This document shows positions 1-14,111 of a DNA stretch of 64,000 bases, piece after piece. A model generated the notes under the pieces. That model made no database searches and had not been told where the DNA came from. It was given only the letters and a program-made list of their open reading frames with translations. A program made the position numbers and the translations under genes. Each line of letters begins with the position of its first letter. Position 1 is the stretch's first letter. This stretch comes from the human T2T-CHM13v2.0 reference genome, Homo sapiens: assembly GCF_009914755.1 (NCBI RefSeq), contig NC_060929.1; one strand, 5' to 3'.

Positions 1-76
1 TGTGAATTTATATGTGTTGTGTGTGTAATGTTTCACTAACAAAATATATGAAAGAGCTCTAATTAATTGGCTTTTA

Positions 77-401
<325 letters not shown>

Positions 402-1829
402 TCAAATATTTTGTCAGAAAAATAAAAACTTTAATGCCTTTTAGTTCATGTGACTCTAACAGTCTTTTAAAAACAAAGACAGTTTAAAGATTACTGGTAA
501 ATTAAAATGAAAATGTCTTCAAAATTTAGATATTTCGTCTAAATTATGCTGGTCCTACATTAGATTTACTAAATGCTTTAAGGATATAAACCACTTTTAT
601 TACTTTTGATAATTTTTGACTTACCTGCTCTAGAGCTATTAGATACTAGATAATGCCTGGGGACATATAGAATTAACAATGCCCCCTAGCTATGCTGGAA
701 AGAGTCAGATGTTATCCGGAGTTCTGTCTTGTAACCTAGGCTCTGCCCCTAATAAGTAATTAAAATTGTTCACATTAAAAATAATATAAAGTATGTGTTC
801 CTGGTAAAAAAAAAAAGTATGAGAATGTGGTTTTTTAAAAAGAAAGTAATTTTGTCTAATTTAGAGGGTTTAAGAATCATTTTAAGTTAAACTAAAGGTT
901 TAAGTAAGTTGTGGAAGATTTATGAAAAAATTAGCCTTTTAAAGAATTCTGTGTGTGAGCAAGTTGACTAAAATTAAAAAAGTATTATTTAATTTTTCCA
1001 TAAATTGAATACTAAAATAAAAGCATACTGATGCAGGTCTGCTGTTTGGGCCCATATGTCAGAATAAAAGTTTTGGGGAACATTGATCTGCTCTTTAATA
1101 GAAAATTATAAAAGATTATAAAAGGTTTATGGAAATCTTACCTTATGGTAAAATGAATTAAACTTGGATAGATTTGTTTATAAGATTTTATTAAAAATTA
1201 GCTTTAGCATTAATGATACACTAATGCAAAGATGAAATTTAGTTTCTCTTTTGAATAAGATTATTGTATAATACTGAGAAACAATAAAAGATTTTTGTTT
1301 GCCTTTTAAATAAACTACAGGTAAAAAAGGGGGATGGAAAAGAAACAGATTTATTTGGCCTTGTGCTGTTTTTATTGGATCTTGTTGTTTGAAAAGCTGA
1401 GTCTGCTCTCTACCAATCGGTAAAGATTTTTGCCTTTTTGAAATTTTGAGTTATCATTTCGGCTAAATAAATGACTTACAGTGACCTGGGATTCTATTGT
1501 GTAATATGAAGTGTTTTAAACCTTTGATATTTGGCAAACTTTCCAAGATCAAGTTTTAAATTAAGTTTGTTTTTTTTTAACGTGATTAAGACTTTTTGAT
1601 ATTAGATCCTGTAATGTCCAAAAGAGAAATATTTGGCTTATTTGATATATTAAAATCATACAAGGAGTATTGTCAAATATAAAATGTAAATTGCTGTCTA
1701 CCACAAAGTTTACCAGATTTCCATGCTAATTACATCTTAGGACTGTGGCTGTCCTAAGGCTTTTGTTACCCATGGATAATTATTGACTTGTTCTAATTCT
1801 TTTCAAAAGGCAGTTTATACTTAGCTATA

Positions 1830-2107
1830 GGAGCCTTGCTCTGTCACCCAGGCTAGAGTGCAGTGGCATGATCTTGTCTCACTGCAACATCCACCTCCTG
1901 GGTTCAAATGATTCTCCCGTTTCAGCCTCTTGAGTAGCTGGGATTATAGTCACACACTACCACACCTAGCTAATTTTTTATATTTTTAGTAGAGATGGGG
2001 CTCCACTATGTTGGCCAGGCTGGTCTTGAACTCCTGACCTACAGTGATCTTCCCACCTCGGCCTCCTAAAGGGCTAGGATTATAGGCGTAAGGCACAGCG
2101 CCCGGCC
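1830..2107 (-). mobile_element. AluS/J lacking poly(A) tail
   Basis: Reverse-complement Alu dimer ending ...GCGCCCGGCC at 2107; no poly(T) run at its left end. Confidence 0.92.
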
Positions 2108-2992
2108 TGATGCGTACTCTTAAATGCAAGTCGCTGATAACTTTGAAAATTGTGCCATTCAAATAGAGTAAAAACTCCAAAACCCCAAAGAGCAAAATAA
2201 AGAAAAAAACACTTCCAAGGCTCCTGTACAAAGCTAACATATTCATAAGGACTGTTGGCCCAATATTGGGCAAAACAAGATTTGATAGCCTGGACTAAAT
2301 TAATAAAAGACTGAAATAATCTTTTTATGATTTTTTGCTTAAAATGTTGCTGATCCTTTCTGTTTTCTTTTTCAGAGTCAAGACAAGTTTTTTCTTTTGA
2401 GCTATTTATAGCTTTCAGCAATTGAGTAAAGAATACTACTGTAAGAAAACTTTGGAGCATGTGTCTTTCTATCTGCCTGATTTATCTAGAATTTGGAAAC
2501 CATTTTTGAGTATTCTTATGGCAATATAGTTATCTGCATAAGTGCAATAAGAATCTGTTTTCTTTTGTAACAGGACACAATTGGAGACGATGGTTATTTT
2601 ACTAACACTTTGACTGGAATGGCACGCTTTCAAATATAAACAGACTGCTTTATGGTATCAAAGTTGACTCAAAGAGTTAATAAAAGCCCCTTGGGAAAAC
2701 TGTCTTCATAGTTTGTCTCTGTAGTCCCTGTACAGGGTTTCTGACCTGTGGTAAGTAAAGAATATTACTTTCTGGCATGTCCAGGAGTTGCAAGTTATCT
2801 TGGGACCTCAAGAGGAGAGGAATTCACTCACCTCATATAGATATTTGCAGGCATAGATAAATCTGATGCTGAACTCAAGGCTTTAAAAAGTCTAGCTGAG
2901 ATTCCTTATGGAACAAAGTTCCATCAAAGCCAATTTTAAAAGGACCTGTCTGGCAAATAAATATTTTTGCTGCAATTTATGCAGATTAGACC

Positions 2993-3022
<30 letters not shown>
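2993..3022. repeat. (AAT)n microsatellite
   Basis: About 10 AAT units seen directly. Confidence 0.95.
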
Positions 3023-3024
<2 letters not shown>

Positions 3025-3937
3025 AATTTATTTTGCAAACAATTCAGTCCTACCATGATGTGTCTTTGGTAAAAATGAGAGACAGGAGAGAGAAAAATTA
3101 TGTTTCAAAAAAAATTATAGTACACCTGTTGTTAGATTCTACTCTTGCCTATTGTTTTTGAGTTTTTATTATTTTCTGCAATTTGGACTGACTCATAAAT
3201 TCTGTCCAGGCTGCAAGTCCACAAATGAGCATTTTCAAAGTTTTCTTCCATCTTTCTGACTAAACTCAATAATATTATTACTACTACCTTTTTCCTGAGG
3301 CCTTGCAAGCTACAGCTTATTCCTTGTGATACAGGCAAGAAAAGCAAGAAACAGATTGCCACTGCCTTCCTTCTCTATAAACTAAAGATGTTTTAAGTCT
3401 AACAATCTAACATTTGGATAAATTGTGCCTAACATTAATCTTTGTTTTCCTTTTGTTTCCTTAAAAAACCCTCTTACTAAAAATCTGTTTTGCTTTGTAT
3501 TTTAGACAACAGGAGACTGATTTTCTAGCCTATTCACTTAGGTTTCAAATGGCACCCTATTTCTTTTATAAGCATTGCTAATCTGGGCTTAAGCATTTTG
3601 TTATTACTAGGTGCTATTTGAGTTTTTTAAAAAATAATTATTTGTTATTTTCGACAGGGTTTCAGACAACTAAAGTTTACGTTTTGAAGGCTACAATAGT
3701 TCTAGACAAAGATGATAATTGACCCAAGGGTTCCAGCCTTTGCCACTGCACAAAAGATAACGTCCCTGTAAGTCATTAGATCCAGTAACAAGAAGTTTCT
3801 ATGCCTACAGAGCAGGTAGGGACAATGGCCCTTGTTCAGCATGAAACAGTTATAGAGGACACCCTCTCATCCTTCTATAGCCCCTTAAGATTAAGGAGGA
3901 GTATGTAGTATGCAGTCTCTGAGATGGGGGAAGGGGA

Positions 3938-4485
3938 TGACATAGGAGCTCAGTAGGAATGGTTTCACAAGATAAGGTCACAAAGACCTTGCTCATAAAT
4001 CAGGATGCAGTAAAGAAGCCAGCCAAACTCTGCTAAAATCAAGATGGCAATGGATGTGACCCCCTGGTCATTTTCACTGCTCATTACATGCTATTTATAA
4101 TACATTACCTTGCTAACAGACACTCCCATCAGCTCCATGCCCTTTCACAAATGCGATGCCATGGCAATGTCTGGAAGTTACCCTACGTGGTCTGAGAGGG
4201 GGAGGAACCCTCAGTTCTGGGAATTCCCTGCCTCTTTCCTGAAAAACTCGTGAATAATCAACCCCTTGTTTAGTATAAGATCAAGAATAACCATAAAAAC
4301 AGGCAAACAGTAGTCCTCAGGGTTGCCTTACCTAAGGAATAGCCACCCTTTTATTTATTCACTTTCTTAATATACTTGATTTCGCGTTACTCTGTCAGCT
4401 TGCTCTGGAATTCCTTCCTTTGTAAAGTCAAGAACTTACGAGGTCTCCTAGGCTGAATCCCAACTTTGGGGCTCACCCTATGACA
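3938..4485 (+). mobile_element. MER41-family LTR (3' LTR of the upstream provirus; short-U3 variant such as MER41D/E)
   Basis: TG...CA termini; MER41 hallmarks CACAAGATAAGGTCACAAAGACCTTGCT, CAAGATGGC, GGGGAGGAACCCTCAGTTCTGGGAA; preceded by a PPT. Confidence 0.85.
4215..4223. promoter_or_regulatory. GAS (STAT1-type) motif TTCTGGGAA in MER41 LTR
   Basis: Matches TTCN3GAA at the position of the known MER41 GAS sites; the neighbouring site (TTCCTGAAA, 4236-4244) is degenerate. Binding not shown. Confidence 0.5.
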
Positions 4486-5717
4486 GCTCCACCCCTGTGG
4501 CAGTTCTCTGCTTGGGCCCAAGGCTGTCTGAGACATCTTTTGAAATCTCAGGGGAGGTAATCATGCCTCCTCAGCTCTTGCGCTCTATGCATCTGCAGAA
4601 TTAGCACCCTGTGGATGCCACCAAGGCTCACTGCTTGCACCCTTTGGAGTGGTGACTCCTGCTGCACCTGGGCCCACTGAGCTATATAGCTTGGGTGGTG
4701 AAGGAGTGCTGTGCAGAATGCAGAGAGCAGAGACCCTCAGTGTCCCTGGGAAGTGAGCTCCAAGATCACACGGAGGGCCTGGGTCTCTTTCCAAAAAATG
4801 TTCTGCCATAAGGCCATACCACTGTGGGCCGGGAATGGGTATAGCAGCTCATAAAGTTTCTGAAGTACCTTCAGGGTCATTCTCCCATTTTCTTGAATGA
4901 AGAGCACCTGGCTTCCTTCTCTACATACTAAAATGACCAGAGGTCACTTTCATTGCCATCTTGGTTTTGGCAGACTTTGGCTGGCTTCGTTATGGCAATC
5001 CTGATTTATCAGCAGGGGCTTTGTGACCTGTATCTTGTGAAACCAGTCCTGCTGAACTGTTTCTTATCAAATGGTTGCCTGGCCACGCCCTTGGTTTTCT
5101 CTCCTAAACACATTTTTTTATCCTTTACATGGTCAACCTGAGAATTTTCCAATTCTTTACGTTCTGCTTCCCTTTTAATCATAAATTCCACTTTTAAATT
5201 ATTTTGCTCTTCTTGCATTGTACTATAAACAAGTAAAAGAAGTGACACGTATCTCAAATACTTTGCTGCTTAAAGATTTCTTCATCAAATATCCTACTTC
5301 ATCATTCTTAATTCTGTCTTCCACAAAGTCCTGGGAACATAGACATAATTCAGTCAAGTTATTTGCCACTTTGTAACAGAGTTGGACTCTCCTCCAGTTT
5401 CCAATATCTCATTCCTCATTTCTATCTAAGTCCTCATCACAATGACCATGGCCTTTACTGTCAATATTTCTACCAGTATTCTGGTCACAATCACTTAAGT
5501 AATCTCTTAAGAAGGATGAAGTTTTCCCTACCGCTCTTCTCTTCTTCTGAGCCTTCACCAGAATTGCCCTTAATGCTCCATTCATGTAAATATAGGCTTT
5601 TTCTAGCATTCACTTCAAAAATGTTCCAGCCTCTACTCATTACCCGGTTCCAAAGTTGCTTACACATATTTTAGGTATTTATTACAGTGACGCCCCATTC
5701 CTCTGGTGCTAATTTCT
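4486..5717 (-). mobile_element. MaLR (MST-type) internal sequence
   Basis: Resembles reverse THE1/MST-int (GCTCCACCCCTGTGGC..., TTACCCGGTTCCAAAGTTGCTT, CTCTGGTGCTAATTTC) and abuts an MST LTR. Confidence 0.75.
4930..5057 (-). mobile_element. Inverted ~125 bp fragment of a MER41 LTR U3
   Basis: Reverse complement aligns with 3950-4074 of this window. Confidence 0.85.
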
Positions 5718-6123
5718 TTTCTAATCTGTTTTGTGTTACTATAACAAAATACCTGAGACCGGGTAATCTATAAAAACCAGAAATTTATTTCTCACAGTTC
5801 TGGAAGCTGGGACGTCCAAGATCAAGGCAGCAGCAAGTTCAGCTATCTGGTGAGGGCTGCTGTCTGCTTCCAAGATGGTATCTTGATGCTGTATTCTCTA
5901 CAGGGGAGAAACGCTGTTTCCTCACATGATGGAAGAATGGAAAAGTGAAGAAAAGGAATAAAAGTATTCTTGTTAATCCCTTTTAAAATGGCATTAATCT
6001 ATTCATGAGGATGAAGCTCTCAAGACTTAAGCACCTCCCAAAAGACTCCAAGTCCCAACACGGTTGTACTGGGAATTGAGTTTCCAACACATGAATTTTA
6101 GGGGTGACATTCAGACCATAGCA
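5718..6123 (-). mobile_element. MST (MSTC/D-like) MaLR LTR, 5' LTR of the element at 4486-5717
   Basis: Minus strand starts TGCTATGGTCTGAATGTCACCCCTAAAATTCATGTGTTGGAAAC; plus strand has TTTATTTCTCACAGTTCTGGA. Confidence 0.85.
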
Positions 6124-7190
6124 CCATATATACACATTATTCTTACAGAAATGAGAGTAAAGTATAATATTAGACTTATACCTATGCTTCTTCAAAATCC
6201 ATCTTTTCTGACCTCCATCTCAAGTTGAGACAGCAAGCCCCTATTAGTTACTAATTAGAGATGTGTTACATATCACAAGAGTGCAGGGGAAGAAAATGTT
6301 TGAGAGCCACTGGTTAATATCATTAGATGTTTTATTAATCATGAGGGGCCTGAATGAAATTCCGGCCCAGAAGTTCTGCCTAGCTGATGACAAAGGCAGT
6401 AGAATTCTTAGAAGCATCATTACTTGAACAAGTCAGTATTTTTTAATGTCCAGAATTACTAAGCAGTATGAGTGAATCAGAAAAAGCAAATCAAAATTTG
6501 TCTTCTTTGAGTTTCCATCATAGTGAGAAAATTCTAATAAATCTTGGAGAACAAATAAATTTTAAAATAAAGAAATATACTTCAAGGTTGAGATGAAAAT
6601 AATTTAAGGCAAGTATCTATTGCCCAATTATCTGTATTATTTGTTATTAAATATAAATTCTACTTTTCCATAAAATATTTAAGGTGGATTTTAAAACATG
6701 TATGTCACTATAAACACATATGTTTAATGTATATTCTTATTTGTAGCAGCATTACAAATAAAAAGTGAAGTCAGAAATGGCAAAGGGAAAGCAGTTGTTC
6801 TGCTCACCAGGGATAAGGTGGTTTGTAGAAGTACACATTATATTGGTTTTGGGAGTCCTTGGTTTTCAAGGAATGAGTACTCGAATAGGCTGCATTGGTC
6901 CTTGTTGATATTATTTACTTTATCACTTTGGAGTAGATTTTATTGTCCAAACTCAGGTTAACATTCTGCTGTGGAACCAAAATAGTTGATTTCTAAAAAT
7001 GAATGATGATAGGTTTATAGGATTTCAGCAATTTACTCCTGTACAATCATTTCTTATGGCCTCTCACTTTCCCTTACAAGCTATGTGATTGCAGTATCCC
7101 ACACACTCTGGTTTGGTGAAAAGTAAGAAGTGCTGACTGCTGTGTTTTTTTCCCCATATTATCTAAATCTACATAGAATCAGTCTTATTC

Positions 7191-7270
7191 TCCCTCCCTC
7201 CCTTCCTCTCTTTTTCTCTCTGTTTCTCTTTCTCAAACACACACATACACAAATTCTCTCTCTCTCTCTC
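7191..7270. repeat. CT-rich/(CA)n/(CT)n compound simple repeat
   Basis: Seen directly. Confidence 0.8.
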
Positions 7271-9556
7271 TTAAGTTTCCTGGCTAAAACAAAGGGTGAC
7301 TTCAGTAGTCATCAAGATCCTTCCTGTCTTTGCTATATTTGGCTTCTTCCTATTTTATTCCCCCTGGCTCCTCAGGTCCTTCTGACTCCCTGACTTGCCT
7401 ATTTCCTTGAACTCTGAACATCCTGTCCTATTATCGCTTTGTGTAGTAGTCACACTGTTGTCTTTGACAATGAAAGGTCTTTGGTGTCTTTGAGGATTCT
7501 AATTTTCTTTCTTTTTTCTTCTTTCTTTCTTTTTTCTTTTTTGCAAAGAAAAAAACTATGCAAAGATTTATTTTTTCTTTCAATAATTAGAATTTAATTC
7601 ATTAAAGTTATAAGTTCAAAAACCTAGATCTTCCTTAAGAGTAAGTCTAAATTTTAGCTTGCAAGTCTTACCATTGGAATTTATAAGTCCAGCAACTTTT
7701 TAACCATCACATTTATTAAGTACTATTGGAATAATATTTGGTGCCATTTCACATTTAATTAGCAAAAACCTTCACAGATATTTAGATAAATTTATAAATT
7801 AAATATATTCAATATAATTCTTAAGCATTTCCATTGTCCAAAAAGGAAGTCGTGTTCAAAATGAAAAGATGCTCATTTCCCATAGTAAATAATTCCAATC
7901 GATATGACAAATGTAAAAATACTTTTTATTTCCCTGCAATTTACATAAAATAGTATAACCTTAACTGAACTCTGCCCTCTGACACCTCATCCCAAGAGAC
8001 TGTGGTTTTCTTCTTCCGTTCTAGTTGGCTGTCATGCTGTTGAATATTTTCCTGAGGGGAAAAAAACCATATAAATGTGATATTATCCCATGCATTTCTT
8101 TCATCAGTTTCTGCCTGTTTTTATTCTCTCTTCATTGCTTTCAAATAGTTGTCTTTTAATAACATGTCCAAGTTTTTCATTGTTTTCTGTGGGAGGGTTA
8201 GTCTGATACCAACTACTTTGTCTTTACCTGAACTGGGCCTCTTGAACCAGAGGCTCTTGATTTTTCACCTGTTCAATGATTATAAGGTGAAGGCTGGGAA
8301 AATAAAGATGTCCCAGATAAATACCCAACAACAAATTATATCTTACTTTATAAGCAAGGCTGGAAACATTAAATGTAACATTCATACTTGTTGTGTGTCA
8401 TACCAGTAATGTAAGATGTTTGAAATTCTGTTTTGTTACCTGCAAAGCTATTAGTCTACTAGTAAGACAATCTTGGCACCAAGAGAGAAGCTGCTTTTTT
8501 TTTGACTGTGTGAGCAGCAGTTCTCTTGAGTTGGCTGTGGCACACAGTTGGATTTTTGAAACTGTGATCCAGAATAAATGTGATTCATTCTTCCTCAAGT
8601 TGCCTAGATACCTGACAAATAGCAAAGTATTATCCTTTTAGTCTTCAAAAAATAATGGCTATGTCTTTAGTGTGTTGAGACACTTAAGCAGACATTAGTA
8701 ACTATGAATTTTATTGGTTTAAAATTACAGTAAAATTTGTTACTACTCAATTTGAAACTTATATTTTTAAAAAGTGTTTCTTTAAAAGTTATGAAGTAAA
8801 AGTATCAAGAGACTAGTACAGAGAAGGATTATGGAGGAGATCATTTTCATTGAAACTCAATACATAAAGTGCATCTGAGAATAAGGGGAAAAAGGTGGGA
8901 AGACGGGATAGTAAGCCCTTTTGTGACCCAACCTAAGCCAATTTTGCTGGCCAACAATATTAGCAGCTCAAGTGAATAGATACAGGTGGGTTCTCCATGT
9001 CCACTTTTCACCTTCATGCTACCAGTTGATATTTTCTTATAAAAGCAAGTCTTTGACCCAGATTCTGCCTAATGTACATCTACTAGCAGATAGGGGAAAA
9101 TACAGTCATATCATCTTGCTAACTCTGTCCATCTCTGTTCTCTGCTCCTCTGACAAGCATATCATGTGAAAGATTCACCCTGAGCTCAATGCAACAATAC
9201 TTTGATGGCAGGGTCAGCCAACACTTAGCTGGGCCAATGGACAGAGTAGTCCTTGAAGTGGAGTGATCCAAGGCTTTTGGACTCTGAATCTCAAATGATT
9301 TATAATTTGATTTTGTTGAATTTTTCTGCCTTCTTTGTTTATGCTCACATCCTTTTTTTCTAGCCAATCATATGTCTCAGAAACTATTCACTTCAATAAT
9401 GAAAACCTATTGATAAGCTTTCTTACATGAAAAAATCTTCTTGTAAAGATTTTGATAAAATGTTTGAAGTGCTTAAGCGTATTTCTTGAGTGTGGATTCC
9501 TCTTTAATCTATTTCAAATGCCTCTGTCATGAGGATTCAAGTCAAACTATACACGT

Positions 9557-10285
<729 letters not shown>

Positions 10286-10429
10286 AACAGTTTTAAAAAG
10301 CAATTTATTATAGAGATAATACCCTCAAGCACAATCAGATTTGTCTAGAATTTCTTAGCCCAAATGAGTAGATTTGAATTACCACTCGTGCACTGAGGGT
10401 GGACATTGCAAATGAATAATTAACTGCTT

Positions 10430-10935
10430 CTCTGAGTGGAGGAGGAAAAAATATCAATTCTTCTGAGTTCTCAACTGAGGCCTCTGTAACAAAAGATTGA
10501 TTAACAAGAGAAAAGTGTACACATTTATTTCATATAAGTTTTACATGATGCAGGAGCCTTCATAAGAAAGTGAGGACCCAAAGAAGTGGTTAAACCTGAG
10601 TGTTACTACGAGAGGTTTGATGAAGAGTGGAGAGTTGTGAAGAAATATGACAGGACAAAGGGGAAGTGAATGAGGTAAATTATAAAGTGGTGGGAACTTG
10701 AAGGCCTCTTTGTTTACATTCCTCCATGTGTCCCTTTGTCTTTGGCAGTAAGGATGCTCCTTGCTCCTTTTCTCCAGGTACAGGAAGGGTGCCTCTCACA
10801 TGAGTGTGTTATGACATGTTTCTGGGAAAGGTCAGAAAGTCCTTCCTGCACATGACATTTCTGAAATTCCTTTAACTTAAAATATTCAACATGCTAAGGT
10901 GCAATATTTTGAGGTAGCATGTCCTGAATGCTGCC
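10430..10935 (-). mobile_element. ERV1 solo LTR, MER34/MER39-like
   Basis: Minus strand begins TTCAGGACATGCTACCTCAAAATATTGCACCTTAGCATGTTGAATATTTTAAGTTAAAGGAATTT, resembling MER34/39 5' ends; boundaries approximate. Confidence 0.7.
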
Positions 10936-13039
10936 TTCTGCTAGGATTAAATATAGATTCATGATCTTTAACAGCAAATGCAGCTACTACCAATCAGAAT
11001 CTTCAGTTAAGATACAACATGTTATCCTTTCCTTAGTCCTTCCTCAGTTTAATATCAAACATTAGTTTTATTTAAACATCTAGGTAATAAGCAACATTCT
11101 CCATTTTACATCTATGACAGCAGATTCAGGGAATACACATTTGACTTTGCAGTCATTAAGAATTTGTGGGGTTTTGTTTTTTGATTTTTGTTTTTCCTAA
11201 TGAAGATGAATAAAGTGGGAGGAAGTTCAGTCCTGAGTATTACAGCTTTAAAAGATGTCAACATTTCAGATGATTGCTTAGAAGCTGTAGCAGCAAGGAG
11301 ACCACCTATGAGGAAAATAGAGATAATTACAAACAACAATCACAGCTGTTAACAGCAGCACTCATAACACATCCTCAGCATGAAAAAATTGTAACTAATG
11401 CGTCAGTTGTTTAGTCATACTCAGTCACTGTGCTGGATCGAGCCTAGACAATGTGTAGACAAAGCCAACACTGAAAGCATAAGAGGTCAGAATTATAGTC
11501 CATAATTTACATTGCATGAGAAGTTTTTAATCATTTCAGAATCAAGGCCCAGAGGCTTAATTTATTTTGCATAAGAAATATATTATCCAAAGGTTACATA
11601 TCAATCAACTCTGCAACGTTTCTTACCATACTTTAACATAGATGGCACTTGAATCATTATGCTTATGTTTCTCAACTTTCATAAAGAACCACCCTTCACT
11701 GCAGAATATTGTGCTGTGCATTCTATAGTTCCAAAGCCATTTAGGAAACCCTTCATCATTCCTAGACAGGGACATATAACTTTTAGTAGCCAAGGACTGA
11801 ATTATGTTGGACTCTTCTCCAGAAAAATAATTATGATTTATTTAAGAATATTAATTTTTGGAAACATTTATTCATTTCATTTCCTGTAAAGTATATTTAT
11901 TATTGGAATTGTTTTGTAAATGTCTGTTTCCCTCTAATTTCTTTTGCATTAATTTTTTACCAAGCCCACAGGATAACCAGCAACCATGACAAATCAAGTA
12001 ATATAAAAAATAAGCCATGTATAAAAATAATAATTGCGTAAGTCCAAGAGATTAATTCAAGTTCTGACAAAATCACATATAATTTAAACAAACATTCTTT
12101 ATTCTACTTTGAAATAACCAGCATAATCAGAATATATTAAAATTTAGAAATAAGGTGGAGTTAGATAGTATTGCATTGCCTCTTCACTTTGTGTTCCAAA
12201 TCTGAAAATCCTGTTAACATAAATTATATGCATTTGAAATGTTGATTGGCACCAAAAAAGGTGTCTGTTCTTGGCAAAGTGTTACTGTATAACGTGTTTG
12301 CTTAAGGGACTCTGAACTGCAGAAAAATATTGATGAATTTAGTTTCTGTTTGAAGTGAATATGGGTTATCTGATGTGTAGTGAGATTTAGTTGGAGGTAT
12401 CTAGTTGAGAGACAAAAGCAAATGGATTAGTTGCAGCCTTGGCTATAAATGAGCTTGCATGGGGAAATGTATAAAGGAACATCTCCTATCCTAAGTGAAG
12501 AGAAATGCAAATAATGTGTTTAGACTTAGACAACTTAAGGAGAAGGGAGAGATATTAAGGGAATTCCTGTATCATAACTTTTGTTTTCTCTTAGAAGAAG
12601 AAAGATGAGGTCAGTTTTAAAACCCAGGATGATTTTTTTTTTCTTAGAAGTCTGGAAAGCAGCTCCATTTCTTTTTCAAACCTTAGTTTGTTGGGTTTTT
12701 TTCCCAAATCTATTTTATCTCCTGCTAATGGTGATTTTGGGGGAACTTAGTAGAAAAGCTTAATTTTGCCATATACCCAGACCCATGGCAATGTGAAGAT
12801 GTGCACGAGTGAGGTGATGACAGTATAAAAACTGCTTTCTTACTTTCATGCTTTGCCCCATCTTTTATTTGTGACAGTCAAAGAATTTGGAAAGTTTTGA
12901 ATATATCCAAAAATAATAATGCTTTCTACCTATAAAGTATATTTTCTTAGCGCTGTCACATATAATAAATATTATACTTGACCTGAACACTAATTCTGAA
13001 AGTAGAAAGGAAAGATATTCTTATTATGAAGAAGACAGT

Positions 13040-13210
13040 AACACTAACAACATCTCACATTTACAGGGCATCTGATACTATGCAAAGTGTTTTCACATGA
13101 TTTTCTCATTCCAGTTTCAAACAAATTTTCAGAGTATCAGGACTATTTGCAGTAGAATAAATATGATTAGCTAGTATTCACAAAAATTGCTCAAGGTCAC
13201 TTATGACCAA
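13040..13210 (-). mobile_element. MIR fragment
   Basis: CACATTTACAGGGCATC..., TTGCTCAAGGTCAC core-like motif. Confidence 0.5.
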
Positions 13211-13509
13211 AGAAGTATAAATTAAAATTATTTAAAAAATGTTTCACCTATCAAATAATTGAGAGAATGATACATTCATTTTGTCAAAGGCATGTGCTGG
13301 CAAAAAAGGTACTGTTGTAGGCTGCTGGTAAAGTTATAGTTTGTTATATTCTTTCTGGATGACATTTTGGCACTAGAACTTTAAGAAAAATGGGAGATAT
13401 AAACAAAAGGGTACGTGTAAATGAATTCATTTCAGGGTTATTTATAATGTGGAATATTAGAAATCACATTTATTTGGGCAAATGTAATTTAAGTCTCTCA
13501 TCTTGGAAC

Positions 13510-13700
13510 ACGCGGAGACCTTGGAAATGGAGGCCCTATTAAACAAACAAAAGATGGAAGAAGCCTAGGATCAGAGCTACCTTAATTGTCTGTATTACAC
13601 ACTCCTACCTTTAAATGAGAACAATAAAATGCTTGTGTAAGGCACTGCACTATTCTTTTAGGGGTCTCTTGCTACAGCAAGATCCAATTCTAACTGACAT
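13510..13700 (+). mobile_element. Old MLT1 LTR 3' fragment
   Basis: AATAAA...TAAGGCACTG...GGGGTCTCTTGCTACAGCA...CTAACTGACA resembles the MLT1 U5 end. Confidence 0.55.
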
Positions 13701-13829
13701 ATTTATATTTGTTTGTTTATGTATATGTGAATACATATATTTAATATTTTAAAAGTTGTGTTTTGGGAAACCTCCCAGTGCTTTTATTATAAACATAGAA
13801 ACAGTGTTACTAGATAAATTGCAGGGATG

Positions 13830-14111
13830 GGCCTGGGGCAGTGGCTCATGCCTGTAATCCCAGCACGTTGGGAGGCCAAGGCAGGCAGATCATGAAGTCA
13901 AGAGATCAAGACCATCCTGGCCAACATGGTGAAACCCTGTCTCTATTAAAAATACAAAAATTAGCTGGGCGTGGTGGCGTGCACCTGTAGTCCCAGCTAC
14001 TCTGGAGGCTGAGGTAGGAGAATTGCTTGAACCTGGCAGGAGGAGTTTGCAGTGCACCACTGCACTCCAGCCTGGTGAAAGAGTGAGACTCCATCTCAAA
14101 AAAAAAAAAAA
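13830..14111 (+). mobile_element. AluSc-like, full length with a small internal deletion
   Basis: GTCAAGAGATCAAGACCATCCTGGCCAACATGG; perfect TSD AAATTGCAGGGATG (13816-13829, 14112-14125). Confidence 0.95.
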
